64,000 nt of DNA, from contig CAWIIP010000004.1 of NCBI GenBank assembly GCA_963836235.1, forward strand, positions 736,001 through 800,000, in the 5' to 3' direction. How positions within the stretch are numbered: the stretch's first letter is position 1; every line of letters starts with the position of its first letter. The position numbers were made by a program, and so were the translations under genes. The DNA is from an uncultured Pseudomonadota bacterium. Its GTDB lineage: Bacteria > Oederibacteriota > Muellerivitia > Muellerivitales > Muellerivitaceae. Under the pieces are notes generated by a model, which searched no databases, was not told where the DNA came from, and worked only from the letters and a program-made list of their open reading frames with translations. Below, one piece after another: positions 31,266 through 41,513 of the stretch.

Positions 31266-31300
31266 TGCTCAAGATTTGCGCATTGCCAAGAACTTGGGCA
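31266..31300. promoter_or_regulatory. Putative enhancer (two 17-bp palindromes) for sigma54 promoter 2
   Basis: TGCTCAA-GAT-TTGCGCA and TGCCAAG-AAC-TTGGGCA in tandem. Confidence 0.65.
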
Positions 31301-31362
31301 ATGAAAAAAGTGGAATTAAGGAAGGAATGCTTGGTTTTAAATGGTTTTTCAAGGTGACAAAG

Positions 31363-31379
31363 TTGGCACTTTGATTGCT
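31363..31379 (+). promoter_or_regulatory. sigma54 promoter 2 (cheX-cheA operon)
   Basis: TTGGCACTTTGATTGCT, GG-N10-GC, followed by GGAGG RBS and ATG at 31428. Confidence 0.85.
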
Positions 31380-31427
31380 TTAGCAAATGAGGAATTTGGA
31401 ATTCCGCAGAAAAACTTGGAGGAAAAA

Positions 31428-31958
31428 ATGACGAACTCATTCCCGAAAGGGCGCTTACAAGCCGTCGCGAATGTCCCCGGTATCCAGAATCAAGAACTAT
31501 TTGAAGTGTTCCAAAATGTCCTGGAGAAATGGGCTTTCTTGCCATGCGACAGCATGGGAGCGACGGTGGAAGGCCCGGCTTATTTACCCTTGGAGCGGAT
31601 GGTCGGTTTTTCCGGTCCCATTGAGGGGTTTTTGGTGGTTCGGGCTCCTGAGCGATTCGGCCAGTATCTTTGGGAAAATGTCTCGGGTGATGACAAGGCC
31701 CCGAACGCCATTCCCCATGGGGATGCTTTTAGTGAATTCGTGAACCTTTATTTTGGCCATCTTCTGACGAACTTGCGGGAATTGGCCCAAGGAACCTTCG
31801 ATCCCTACTTGCCCCAACCCAGTAATCCGACTTTATGGCCCAAACACCAACCGGAGGCCGCTTTGGCCATTTTGGTGGAGGACATGCCGGTAGAAGTCCG
31901 GCTTTGGCTTGGTAAGGCTTCCAGCAACGGATCCACTCCTGGAATTTCCCATGAGTGA
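31428..31958 (+). CDS. cheX: CheX-like chemotaxis phosphatase
   Basis: VLEKWAF, VGFSGPIEGFLVV, DAFSEFVNLYFG (ExxN motif). Start re-assigned to the ATG with an RBS downstream of the promoter. Confidence 0.65.
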   Translation: MTNSFPKGRLQAVANVPGIQNQELFEVFQNVLEKWAFLPCDSMGATVEGPAYLPLERMVGFSGPIEGFLVVRAPERFGQYLWENVSGDDKAPNAIPHGDAFSEFVNLYFGHLLTNLRELAQGTFDPYLPQPSNPTLWPKHQPEAALAILVEDMPVEVRLWLGKASSNGSTPGISHE

Positions 31959-33942
31959 GGATCTTTCGATCTCACAAGAACTGGACCGGAAACTCTCTCA
32001 ATTGGGCGCCCGAATGGCTCTTTGCGAGGGAGACGACCGGGACGAAGTCCTGGCTTTAGCCGAGGACTTCTCCTCCTGGCTGTCCTCCATCACCGGTCTC
32101 CCATCTTTTCCAGCGGGCCTGCTGGGCGCGCAGGCCCGTCAAGTCTTAAACGGCTTGAAGTCGGGACGTCCCGTGGAACAAGTTTGCCAGCGGTTATCCC
32201 AAGCGATGGCCGAAGCCGTCCACCACATGGGCCAGATACTTATAGGTAAAACCGAATACACTTCATCATTAAAACCAGAAGCCATCTTATCGGAAGGGGG
32301 GGAAAACCTATTCATTATTCCAACGGATGACCTGAGTGGATTTCAGGATTTTGTGGCCGAGGCTCCAGAACATTTACAAGCCATCGAATCCGGCTTGCTC
32401 GCCCTCGTCCAGGGGGAAACCTGGGACCCGCTCAAGGTCTACCGCCCTTTTCATACCTTGAAGGGAATTTGCGGATTTATGGGACTCGCAGGGTTGGCCC
32501 GTTTGACCCACCAGGCGGAAGCCATTCTGGAGAATTACAAAAATGGACAAGGTAAACCCTCGGAAAAAGAAATTGATCTTCTGCTGGAATGCGTCGATTT
32601 AATAAAGAGACAAATCGATCTTATTGCCCGAGGACTTGCCGTTGGACGGTTTTCCCTGGTAGACGTGGAACCTTTATTGAACAAATTGGATGGGAAAGAA
32701 GTCCAAGGGATCATCGAAACGGCCAACGAAACAAAAGCTACCTCCGCTGAATCGGGTCACGACAATATCGACCGGCATTTGAGGATTGGCGTTGAAAAAA
32801 TGGACATGCTTCTTGAAATGGTCGGGGAATTGGCCATTTGCCAATCCCAAGTTACCGAAGGCATTGCCGGGTTGGGCGTGGTCGGGCACTTGTCTTTGGA
32901 ATCCTCGCGTCTGGCCAAGATTTCCCGCCAGATCCAAGAAATCGTCCTCTCGCTTCGAATGGTTCCGGTTCAGCCTCTTTTCCAGCGTATGTCCCGTTTG
33001 GCACGGGATCTTTCCCAAAAAACCCAAAAGCCCATTAGGGTTGAGTTGGAAGGGGGCGAAACCGAGCTGGATAAACGGATGATTGAGGAATTGGTGGATC
33101 CCCTGGTCCATCTGATTCGTAACGCCGTTGACCATGGCATCGAGTCGGCGGAGGTCCGGGAAAGGGCTGGAAAATCTCTTGAGGCAAGACTGTTTTTGAA
33201 GGCCAGCCATCAGGGTGGGGACTTCGTCCTGCAGGTTGAGGACGACGGGGCAGGGATCGCCTTTGAAAAGTTGGAACAAAAAGGAAGGGTACTTGGCTTT
33301 TTGACTCAAGGCGCGGTTTCCAAAGAACGCCTAATGGAGCTCATTTTCCAACCTGGTTTTTCAACTGCCGAAAAAGTGACTGAGGTTTCGGGTCGTGGAG
33401 TCGGCTTGGACGCGGTCAAACGCAAAGTTCAATCCCTGAAGGGTGCCATTCATGTGGAAAGTCGTGAGTGCAAGGGGACGTCTTTTATCCTGCGTATTCC
33501 CCTCACGATGGCCCTGATCGACGGCATCGTGGTTCGGGTGGGCTTTTCCCGCTACATCCTTCCTTCCTTTCATGTCCGCCAGTTTTTGGCTTTGAAAGAC
33601 ACGGAAAGCCATCAAGTGTCCCGATCCCAAACTTGGTTGACGACTTCCTCCGGAAACATACCGGTCGTTGAACTTTCGGAATGGTTTGGGTGCAAGTCTC
33701 AAAACCATCAGCAAACGGTCGTTGTTCATGTGGAGGTGGGTGATCGCGAAGCCTGCCTAGTCGTGGATGAGGTGATTGGCAAACAGCAGGTTGTTGTGAA
33801 GGGCCTGGGGGAACATCTCCAGGGAATGCCTGGTGTGGCAGGTGGCGCCATATTGGGTGACGGACAAGTGGGATTCATTCTCGACTTAAACGCCCTTGTC
33901 CAAGAGGGCCGGGTTAATCCGGCCTTGGCCGTCGGAAACTGA
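31951..33942 (+). CDS. cheA: Chemotaxis histidine kinase CheA with a ~100-aa N-terminal extension and no P2 domain
   Basis: HPt RPFHTLKG, DPLVHLIRNAVDHGIE, PGFSTAEKVTEVSGRGVGLD, P5 GGAILGDGQV. Confidence 0.95.
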   Translation: MSEDLSISQELDRKLSQLGARMALCEGDDRDEVLALAEDFSSWLSSITGLPSFPAGLLGAQARQVLNGLKSGRPVEQVCQRLSQAMAEAVHHMGQILIGKTEYTSSLKPEAILSEGGENLFIIPTDDLSGFQDFVAEAPEHLQAIESGLLALVQGETWDPLKVYRPFHTLKGICGFMGLAGLARLTHQAEAILENYKNGQGKPSEKEIDLLLECVDLIKRQIDLIARGLAVGRFSLVDVEPLLNKLDGKEVQGIIETANETKATSAESGHDNIDRHLRIGVEKMDMLLEMVGELAICQSQVTEGIAGLGVVGHLSLESSRLAKISRQIQEIVLSLRMVPVQPLFQRMSRLARDLSQKTQKPIRVELEGGETELDKRMIEELVDPLVHLIRNAVDHGIESAEVRERAGKSLEARLFLKASHQGGDFVLQVEDDGAGIAFEKLEQKGRVLGFLTQGAVSKERLMELIFQPGFSTAEKVTEVSGRGVGLDAVKRKVQSLKGAIHVESRECKGTSFILRIPLTMALIDGIVVRVGFSRYILPSFHVRQFLALKDTESHQVSRSQTWLTTSSGNIPVVELSEWFGCKSQNHQQTVVVHVEVGDREACLVVDEVIGKQQVVVKGLGEHLQGMPGVAGGAILGDGQVGFILDLNALVQEGRVNPALAVGN

Positions 33943-33959
33943 AAAAAGGAAAAGAAAGA

Positions 33960-34502
33960 ATGGAAATGACTCTACATAAATCAGAAGGAAGGTATCTCAC
34001 GTTCTCCATCGCCCACGAGGAATATGGGGTGGAGATCCACCGGGTTCGGGAAATCATCGGTCCGGTTGTATTGGAAGTGGTTCCCGATGCCGCTCCTCAT
34101 GTTCGGGGCATCTTGCGGCTGAGGGGCAAGGTGGTTCCGGTGGTCGATTTGAGGAACCGGTTTGGCTTTGAAAAGGGCGAGGCCCATCCGGGGAGTTGCG
34201 TGGTAACGGTTTTGGCCAAAGGGTCGGACGGACCCTTTTTGGTGGGCTTATTGGTGGATGGAATCCGGGAAGTGATCCAGGTTTGGACTGGAGACCTGGA
34301 GGAAGAGCTAGAGATGAGGGAAGACTCAAGGAATGAGTTTTTGATGGGACTGGCGCGTTGCCAGGACCGGTTTGTCCTTCTGTTGGATGTGGAGAAGATC
34401 GCTAAAGGTGAGGAAGTGACTGGCAATATTTTATTGGACCGGGCGGCGCCTTCTTTAACTGCAGAGACTGGACGAAGTATTGATAAAAGGAGTAAAACGT
34501 GA
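33960..34502 (+). CDS. cheW: CheW
   Basis: [42 protein letters not shown]. Confidence 0.92.
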   Translation: MEMTLHKSEGRYLTFSIAHEEYGVEIHRVREIIGPVVLEVVPDAAPHVRGILRLRGKVVPVVDLRNRFGFEKGEAHPGSCVVTVLAKGSDGPFLVGLLVDGIREVIQVWTGDLEEELEMREDSRNEFLMGLARCQDRFVLLLDVEKIAKGEEVTGNILLDRAAPSLTAETGRSIDKRSKT

Positions 34503-36028
34503 ATTTTTTAAAATTCGAGAATATGCCTTTGCGCGCGAAAGTGACCGTAACCGCTTTGATGGCTAGCATCATTTCTCTCTTGGCGGCTTGTGGCATGTTT
34601 ATCGGGAATGAAGAGGTGACTTTTCCCAAGGTTTTAGTAACGAATCTCACCGCCATGGCCCAAATCATCTCTGGCAATTGCCGGGCGGATCTGGAAGTTA
34701 ATGACTTAGGAAGTTCTTTGGACCTGGTCAATTCAATGAAGGTAAATCCTCATATACATATTGCCTGCATTTACGACAACAAGGGACAGATTTACGCAAA
34801 GTATGAATCGTCCGATTCTGTGGGGAAAACGCCGCCGGTCGCCCAAAAAGAGGGTTTTCAGATTTCGGGGGGAAGAGTGGAGGTTTTCCATGATGTTCTA
34901 AACGGAAATGAACCGATGGGAACGGTTTATTTGCAATCGGACATGAAGGAAATGGATGAACGGCTTAGCGGTTATATAAGGGTCACCCTCGGAGTCTTAG
35001 CCATCTCGATCCTGGTTTCGTTCCTAATCGCCCAGCGCCTCCAGCGGCAAATCGCGGATCCGATCCAAGACATCATCAGCAGTTTAAGCGGGAACGCCGA
35101 GTGGATGGCTTCCAATTCTGTCCAAATTTCAACGGCCAGTCAGCAAATGTCCGAGGGTTCCTCCGAATCCGCCAGCGCATTGGAGGAAACCAGCTCGTCA
35201 TTGGAGGAAATCGCGTCCATGACCCGGCAAAACGCGAAAAATGCGAGCCAGGCAGCCCATGTTATGCAGGATTCACGGCAGTTAGTCCTTCAAGGAAACC
35301 AAGCGGTGGAAAGCACCGTGAAATCCATGAGGGAAATGCGGGAGAGCGCCGAGAAGGTCACCAAGATCATCAAAACTATCGAGGAAATCGCCTTTCAGAC
35401 TAATTTGCTCGCTTTGAACGCGGCGGTCGAAGCGGCCCGGGCGGGCGAGCATGGCCGGGGATTCGCGGTGGTAGCGGAGGAAGTGAGAAACCTGGCCCGA
35501 CGCAGCGCTGTCGCGGCCAAGGATTCGGCTTCCCTGATTGAGGAAAACGCCCAAAGGGTTACGGGTGGGGTGAAAGTGAGCGAGGAAGCCGGCAAGGCCT
35601 TGTCTGAAATCGTGGTTCAAGCGGTGAAGGTTTCGGATATCGTCCTTGGGATCGCCGCCGCCAGCCAGGAGCAATCCAAGGGTATTGAGGAAGTCAATCA
35701 AGCGGTATCCCAAATGGATAAAGTCACTCAGCGCAATAGTGCCAATGCCGAGGAGTTGTCGGCTTCCAGCGAGGAACTCGCCAGTCAAGCGCGTTCCATC
35801 CGTGAAATGGTGACCCAATTGGTGGTGATTTTGGAAGGTGGGAAAGGCCGTTACGGTTACAAGGGCAAGACTCACAAATCTGCTGACGCTGTCCAGGAGG
35901 ATTCAACCGCATGGACGGTTGAAGACTTGAATAAAGCTAAAAATTTCAGCTTGACTGCGGTAAAAGGCGCCGTTTATTCACCCAAACCATTGGTTCCTTC
36001 GGGTAACCGAGGCCTTCGGAACTTTTAA
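34499..36028 (+). CDS. Methyl-accepting chemotaxis protein with a CHASE8-like sensor
   Basis: Two TMs, [52 protein letters not shown]. No obvious HAMP. Confidence 0.92.
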   Translation: MNFLKFENMPLRAKVTVTALMASIISLLAACGMFIGNEEVTFPKVLVTNLTAMAQIISGNCRADLEVNDLGSSLDLVNSMKVNPHIHIACIYDNKGQIYAKYESSDSVGKTPPVAQKEGFQISGGRVEVFHDVLNGNEPMGTVYLQSDMKEMDERLSGYIRVTLGVLAISILVSFLIAQRLQRQIADPIQDIISSLSGNAEWMASNSVQISTASQQMSEGSSESASALEETSSSLEEIASMTRQNAKNASQAAHVMQDSRQLVLQGNQAVESTVKSMREMRESAEKVTKIIKTIEEIAFQTNLLALNAAVEAARAGEHGRGFAVVAEEVRNLARRSAVAAKDSASLIEENAQRVTGGVKVSEEAGKALSEIVVQAVKVSDIVLGIAAASQEQSKGIEEVNQAVSQMDKVTQRNSANAEELSASSEELASQARSIREMVTQLVVILEGGKGRYGYKGKTHKSADAVQEDSTAWTVEDLNKAKNFSLTAVKGAVYSPKPLVPSGNRGLRNF

Positions 36029-36055
36029 AACAGACTATCGGAAAAGGAGAATGCC

Positions 36056-36271
36056 GTGTTTAAGAAGAAATTAAAGATTGAAGAAGAAACGGTAAATACA
36101 AAGGAGGGAACCATAAAGGCTACCCCCCGGATTGTCGCTCCTGCGCCGGCTTCGACCGAAACAACCACAGTTCCAGGAAAAGAACAAGAGACCCTACACC
36201 AGCCTGGAATTATTTTTTCAGGCTTAAAGGAGAAACTTTCTTCGGAGGAGCTTCTGAAACGGATGGAATAG
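36056..36271 (+). CDS. Small hypothetical protein in the che operon
   Basis: AAGGAGA RBS, GTG start, fills the gap between mcp and cheW. Confidence 0.5.
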   Translation: MFKKKLKIEEETVNTKEGTIKATPRIVAPAPASTETTTVPGKEQETLHQPGIIFSGLKEKLSSEELLKRME

Positions 36272-36341
36272 GCGGTTAGGAAAGTTAATTATTCGGACTG
36301 CGCGTAATTCGCCGAGGGCCGATCAACTAAAGGAGCGAAAT

Positions 36342-36869
36342 ATGGAGACGGTATTAAAGAAAGTTGAAGGAAAGTACCTGACCTTCCGCCTAGGGAGGGA
36401 AGAGTACGGCATTGAGATACTGAAGGTTCGGGAAATCGTGGCCATGATGGAGATCACGGCGGTTCCCTTGACGGCTTTGCATATTCGCGGTGTTGTTAAT
36501 CTCCGGGGAAAAATCATCCCGGTGGTGGATATGCGTAAAAAATTCGGCCTGCCGGATGTGGCGGCAAGCCGCGACACCTGCATCATTACCACAATGGTGG
36601 AGGGGAAGGAAGGAGAGGTTTTAACAGGCCTTTTGGTGGATGGAGTAAGTGAGGTTACTCAAGTGGGCGCCTCCGAAGTGGAGCCGGTCCCCGCCCTTGG
36701 CGAGGACATGCGGTTGGACTTTGTAATGGGACTGTCCAAGACCAAGGGACGGGTCATCGTCCTTTTGGACATGGATAAAGTCATGCAGGGCCAGGAGTTT
36801 CAACAACTCCAGGAATTGGAACAGTTGACCAAGGACGCCCAAGACGCGTCCACAAAAAAGGAGGCGTGA
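36342..36869 (+). CDS. cheW: CheW
   Basis: YLTFRLGREEYGIEILKVREIV..IRGVVNLRGKIIPVVDMR, AAGGAG RBS. Confidence 0.95.
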   Translation: METVLKKVEGKYLTFRLGREEYGIEILKVREIVAMMEITAVPLTALHIRGVVNLRGKIIPVVDMRKKFGLPDVAASRDTCIITTMVEGKEGEVLTGLLVDGVSEVTQVGASEVEPVPALGEDMRLDFVMGLSKTKGRVIVLLDMDKVMQGQEFQQLQELEQLTKDAQDASTKKEA

Positions 36870-36872
36870 GCC

Positions 36873-38504
36873 ATGGGTTTCAATCGAATGAAGCTGGATA
36901 CAAAACTGGTAGGGTCGTCCATCCTAGTAGCGGCTCTTATGTTGGTTTTTTTCGGGCAGTTCATCTCCCTTTTGCATTCGTCGGGTAAGGGACTGGAACA
37001 GGTTGTCAAAGCAAGTACTGCCGTGCGTCTGGCACAGGAATTGGATAACAATTTCCAATTGGCCGTTTCCAAGGGTAAGGATGTGGCCATTGTGAAGGAC
37101 CAACACCACAAGGATGTTACCGTGGCTTACTTGAAGAAGGCGCAGGAGGCTTTGACGGACCTACAGAAAACAGAATTGGACCCGGATGAGCAGGATAGCC
37201 TTAAAAAGCTTGGTGATCAGCTCACCAGCGTTAGCAACAAACTCAACACCTTGGTGCAAACGCCTATCGATAATTTGGCTTCACTGGACCTTTATACCGC
37301 TTACTTAAAGGATATTACTATTGAATTTGATAATTCTAGCCAGGCCTATGTGGCATTGCTGAACCAAAAAGTTCAGGATTCCCAGGCTTCGGTCATTGCC
37401 CAGATTGACAGGGGGCAGTTAGTGGGTATTTTCATCGTTTTGCTTGTTTTGAGCGGGATTTTACTGAATTTGATGATTTCTTTGGGGGTGGCCCGCACTT
37501 TGAGGACCCTGACGCGCAATTTAATTGAAAGCGCAAATCAGGTGTCCTCGGCCTCCACTATGACCTCCGCCGCTAGCCAGCAATTGGCCGAGGGGGCCGG
37601 AGAATCGGCTTCCAGTTTGGAAGAAACCAGTTCGTCATTGGAAGAGATGTCTTCCATGACCCGACAGAACGCCGAAAACGCCATTCGCGCCACAAAACTG
37701 GTGGAGGATACGCGTTCCATGGTGCTGCAGGGTAACGCGGCGGTGGAATTGACTGTCAAGTCGATGAAAGAAACCAACGAAAGCGCCGAAAAGATTTCCA
37801 AGATTATCAAGACCATCGAGGAAATCGCCTTCCAGACCAATCTTCTGGCCTTGAACGCGGCGGTAGAAGCGGCTCGTGCAGGCGAACACGGCAGAGGGTT
37901 CGCAGTGGTGGCGGAGGAAGTTCGAAACCTGGCGCATCGCAGCGCCTCGGCGGCCAAGGACACGGCGGCCCTGATTGAGGAAAACGCCAAGCGCGTGAGC
38001 CAGGGCGTGAAAGTCAGCGAGGAAGCGGGCAAGACCCTGTCCGAGATTGTGGAAAGGGCCAAAAAAGTTTCTGATCTGGTGGGCGAGATCGCTGCGGCCA
38101 GCCAGGAACAATCCAAGGGTATCGAAGAAATCAACGGCGCGGTAGCCCAGATGGATAAAGTAACCCAGCGCAATACTTCTAACGCCGAGGAATTAGCTTC
38201 CTCCAGCGAGGAAATGTCCAGCCAAGCCCAAAGCCTGAAGGACATGGTAATCCAGTTGGCTGTCTTGCCGGAGGGTAATGGTGGGCAGGATACGGTTTTA
38301 AGGACTTTATCGTCCAAGGAAACAGCCAAGCCGACGCCCAAAACGGTTGCGTTCCATGCACCCCATTTTAAGCCGGCAGAGCCCCCCTCCGGCAACGGGC
38401 ATGAGAAATTGAAGAAGATGCGCAAAACGCTGGCCTATGCGACTGCCAAGTCTTCGCCTGAGGAAGTTATTCCCCTCGGCCAAGACGACTTGAAGGACTT
38501 TTAA
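36873..38504 (+). CDS. Methyl-accepting chemotaxis protein with a helical periplasmic sensor and C-terminal pentapeptide (DLKDF)
   Basis: Two TMs, canonical signalling hairpin, tail [14 protein letters not shown]. Confidence 0.93.
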   Translation: MGFNRMKLDTKLVGSSILVAALMLVFFGQFISLLHSSGKGLEQVVKASTAVRLAQELDNNFQLAVSKGKDVAIVKDQHHKDVTVAYLKKAQEALTDLQKTELDPDEQDSLKKLGDQLTSVSNKLNTLVQTPIDNLASLDLYTAYLKDITIEFDNSSQAYVALLNQKVQDSQASVIAQIDRGQLVGIFIVLLVLSGILLNLMISLGVARTLRTLTRNLIESANQVSSASTMTSAASQQLAEGAGESASSLEETSSSLEEMSSMTRQNAENAIRATKLVEDTRSMVLQGNAAVELTVKSMKETNESAEKISKIIKTIEEIAFQTNLLALNAAVEAARAGEHGRGFAVVAEEVRNLAHRSASAAKDTAALIEENAKRVSQGVKVSEEAGKTLSEIVERAKKVSDLVGEIAAASQEQSKGIEEINGAVAQMDKVTQRNTSNAEELASSSEEMSSQAQSLKDMVIQLAVLPEGNGGQDTVLRTLSSKETAKPTPKTVAFHAPHFKPAEPPSGNGHEKLKKMRKTLAYATAKSSPEEVIPLGQDDLKDF

Positions 38505-38506
38505 GC

Positions 38507-39346
38507 ATGGAAGGCTTGGCCATGGAATTGAAACCCGCGGATTTTCAACGCTTTTCCGAGATGGTGCGCCGCCACAGCGGCATCCATCTCGGGACTGTGA
38601 AAAATGAACTCCTGCGGGCCCGTCTGGCCAAGCGAATGAGGGCGCTCTCCCTCACCTCTTTTCGTGAGTACTACGAAGTGGTCCTCGCGGACGATACGGG
38701 GGAGGAACTGGCCCGCATGCTGGACGTCGTGACGACTAACAAAACCGAGTTTTTTAGGGAGGACAAGCATTTTGTCCTCCTGGTCCAAAGGATACTGCCG
38801 GAGCTCTTGAAGGAAACCACCCAAAGGGCGGATAAGACCTTGAGGATTTGGTGCGCGGCCTGTTCTTCGGGCGAGGAGGCCTACACCTTGGCCATGTGCG
38901 CTTTGGAAGCGATGATCGGGACCGATTTGAAAGTGAAGATTCTCGCCACTGATCTTTCCAGTCGTATGATCCACCGGGCGGTAACTGGAATCTACGCGAA
39001 AGAAAAGACACAAGGCATACCGCCGACGCTCCTTCAAAAATATTTTGAGGCAGAAGGAAAGGGAGGAGAGCGGGTTTATCGGGCAGGGCAGGCTTTAAGG
39101 GACATTATCCATTTCCATCGCTTTAACCTTAACGCCGGAAGTTTTCCATTCCGAAATTCCTTCGACATCATCTTTTGCCGGAACGTCATGATTTACTTCG
39201 ATCAGCCGGTTCAACAGGAGCTGGTGGGCCGCATGGCGGGTGTATTGAGAAAAGGCGGCTACTTTTTCACAGGATTGGCGGAAAGCCTCCTCGCCATCAA
39301 ACACCCGCTGAAGTCCATGGCCGCGTCGGTCTATTTAAAACCTTAA
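38507..39346 (+). CDS. cheR: Chemotaxis methyltransferase CheR
   Basis: TTNKTEFFRE, RIWCAACSSGEEAYT, ATDLS, DIIFCRNVMIYFD. Confidence 0.95.
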   Translation: MEGLAMELKPADFQRFSEMVRRHSGIHLGTVKNELLRARLAKRMRALSLTSFREYYEVVLADDTGEELARMLDVVTTNKTEFFREDKHFVLLVQRILPELLKETTQRADKTLRIWCAACSSGEEAYTLAMCALEAMIGTDLKVKILATDLSSRMIHRAVTGIYAKEKTQGIPPTLLQKYFEAEGKGGERVYRAGQALRDIIHFHRFNLNAGSFPFRNSFDIIFCRNVMIYFDQPVQQELVGRMAGVLRKGGYFFTGLAESLLAIKHPLKSMAASVYLKP

Positions 39347-39497
39347 AGAAAATGGTGTAAAAAAATTAAATTATTTTTAAGAGAAAATGTAATCCAACAC
39401 TGGAATTACAAATAGGTCAAGAAACTAAGGAACTCATCAAAAACTCAAAGCCGGCGTTTTATTTAGCTTTCGAAACAACTCCTCAAAAAATTCACGA

Positions 39498-39514
39498 TGC
39501 TCAATTTTTGAACA
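39498..39514. promoter_or_regulatory. Putative enhancer palindrome for sigma54 promoter 3
   Basis: TGCTCAA-TTT-TTGAACA. Confidence 0.65.
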
Positions 39515-39574
39515 GTGGTTGTTGTGAAGAAACGAATATTTGCCTTTTATTTCGTTGAAATTTTTTATCTTTAT

Positions 39575-39591
39575 TTGGCACCACAATTGCT
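39575..39591 (+). promoter_or_regulatory. sigma54 promoter 3
   Basis: TTGGCACCACAATTGCT, GG-N10-GC, followed by AGGAGG RBS and ATG at 39629. Confidence 0.85.
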
Positions 39592-39628
39592 CTTGTTATG
39601 AATGGGTTTAAAACTCAGGAGGATTTTT

Positions 39629-40426
39629 ATGGAGAAGATTAGAACCGCGTTGGTTATTGATTCAGACGCTTCGTTCCGGCAGTTTGTGACCCTTCGCTTG
39701 GAAATCTTGGGGTTCAAAGTAAAGGAAGCCGAGACGCCCGTCCAAATTCGCTCCGTGGTGAAGGAAGGAGAGGTGGATTTGGTGGTGACCGAGTTCGCGG
39801 TGCCGGGATTGGAAGGGGAGAGTCTTCTTTCGGTTTTGGAACCCTCCAAACGCCCCGTTTTTCTGTTAACTCATTGGGTTTCTGAAAATCCTGAGGCCTT
39901 TTTGAGGCAAACCCAGGTTAGGGCCGTGATCCCCAAGAAAAAAAGATCGGAGTTTTTCAAGCAGTTGGAGTTCCTGGATCCGGTGATTAAAACCGGGCCT
40001 TCCGTCGAAACCCGGAATCCGCAAGAGAGGCACATCCTCCTCATTGAGGATTCGCCGACGATACGGCATTACGTCCGCCGCACCCTGGAACGGGAAATGC
40101 CGGGCTGCGTGATCCGCGAGGCTGAAGACGGCCGCGACGCCATCTCGGAAATGGCCCAGAAAAAAGTGGATTTAATCATCACCGACCTTCAAATGCCGGG
40201 AATGGATGGCCACACCTTCTTGCGGATGATCCGCAGAAACAGCCTTTTGAAACAAAAACCAGTCCTGGTCTTCTCCAGCAGCGACGTTTCTGATTTGAGG
40301 GTGGAATTCGGCGACGATTCTTGTCTAGAGTTTCTGCCCAAACCGGCCAGCCCCGATCAGATCATGGAAGCCATTGGGCGTTTATGGGACTGCGAGGCCC
40401 ATCCATTGAAGTACCTAAAAAAGTAA
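39629..40426 (+). CDS. Dual receiver-domain protein (N-terminal pseudo-receiver, C-terminal CheY-like)
   Basis: REC1 has LVVTEF (phospho-Asp replaced by Glu). REC2 has LIEDS, IITDLQMPGMDG, LPKP. Confidence 0.8.
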   Translation: MEKIRTALVIDSDASFRQFVTLRLEILGFKVKEAETPVQIRSVVKEGEVDLVVTEFAVPGLEGESLLSVLEPSKRPVFLLTHWVSENPEAFLRQTQVRAVIPKKKRSEFFKQLEFLDPVIKTGPSVETRNPQERHILLIEDSPTIRHYVRRTLEREMPGCVIREAEDGRDAISEMAQKKVDLIITDLQMPGMDGHTFLRMIRRNSLLKQKPVLVFSSSDVSDLRVEFGDDSCLEFLPKPASPDQIMEAIGRLWDCEAHPLKYLKK

Positions 40427-40437
40427 AGGAATTAGAA

Positions 40438-40794
40438 ATGAAGGAATTTGAGAAAAAATCATTAATTGAACCAAAAAACGGACGCATCGAAGGTGAGCCT
40501 GTCGGCGCAGAACTTTGGAGAATGTGGACATCGGAAATAAAGCCTCATTTTTCAGCCGAAAAGGATTTCCTGCAGAAATATGGCGGCGAAGTTGGCTACG
40601 ACCGCAAGTATATCGCCCGGGTATTGGAAGATCATCGAATGATGGAGGAGCTCGTTTGGAAGAATGGGAATGAAGGCGTCGGCCAATTCGCCAAGGTGCT
40701 GGCGGCACATCTTCGGTTTAAAGAAGAGTTTTTCTCCGAAAAAGTCCGAAAAATTGTAGAGGAGGAAGACGCCTCGCCGTCAGAGATTTCTTAA
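40438..40794 (+). CDS. Hemerythrin/HHE-like protein, degenerate or N-terminally short
   Basis: PHFSAE, VLEDH, AHLRFKEE motifs, AAGGA RBS. Confidence 0.55.
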   Translation: MKEFEKKSLIEPKNGRIEGEPVGAELWRMWTSEIKPHFSAEKDFLQKYGGEVGYDRKYIARVLEDHRMMEELVWKNGNEGVGQFAKVLAAHLRFKEEFFSEKVRKIVEEEDASPSEIS

Positions 40795-40957
40795 CACGGA
40801 AGTTAAAAAGCATTTTTCGATTCTCTGCCGACAGCCATAGGGTTGAATGGGTCAATAAAAATATGGTTTTTATACCCCATGGCTCATTCGTAAATGGAAA
40901 AAGTCCGCATTTCGGATTTTTTCAACATCCCGTTAAATCCCGGTGAATGGAAGAACC

Positions 40958-41458
40958 ATGGAAAAGTTGCAGTCTGGCTTAAAAACGGTCGTGGTGGGAG
41001 TGGGAGATCACAAAGTTAGCGTGAGTTCCTTGGAGGTGCTAGTGACCTACAGTCTGGGCTCTTGCTTGGGGGTGGCGGCTTACGATTCTAAGGCCGGGGT
41101 GGGGGGGCTCCTTCATTTCATGCTCCCGGATTCCAGAATTAACCCGGAAAAGGCTAGGGTCCAGCCGGCAATGTTCGCCGATACAGGGTTAACGGTTTTT
41201 TTGAACGAACTTTTCGCGCTGGGTGCCACCCGCAAAGGGATTGTCCTGAAACTGGTGGGAGCTTCGAAGGTTCTCAAGGATGGCGAGTTTTTTGACATTG
41301 GCAGGCGCAATCTTTTAATGGCGAAGAAACTGTTGTGGAAGAACAACTTGGGGGTTCTGGTTGAGGAAACGGGCGGTGAGGCGAGCCGTACTCTCCGGCT
41401 TCGGATGGCCGATGGAAGGACTCTCGTTAAAGATTTAGCGGGGGAGCACGAGCTTTGA
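40958..41458 (+). CDS. cheD: Chemoreceptor glutamine deamidase CheD
   Basis: TYSLGSCLGV, GGLLHFMLP, MFADTG, DIGRRN, EETGG. Confidence 0.93.
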   Translation: MEKLQSGLKTVVVGVGDHKVSVSSLEVLVTYSLGSCLGVAAYDSKAGVGGLLHFMLPDSRINPEKARVQPAMFADTGLTVFLNELFALGATRKGIVLKLVGASKVLKDGEFFDIGRRNLLMAKKLLWKNNLGVLVEETGGEASRTLRLRMADGRTLVKDLAGEHEL

Positions 41459-41513
41459 AAATAGCTGATGGTGATTTGCGATTTACCTTCGGCCCAAAAT
41501 TAAGGAGAGGTTT

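Noticed and set aside
31341-31427. Longer N-terminus for the CheX-like gene (similarly 31909, 39602, 40321, 44273, 56818)
   Set aside because: These extensions overlap promoters or upstream genes, and downstream ATGs have better RBS or signal-peptide context.
35140-38260. DNA similarity between the two MCP genes as a special repeat
   Set aside because: Expected conservation of the signalling hairpin, with many synonymous differences.
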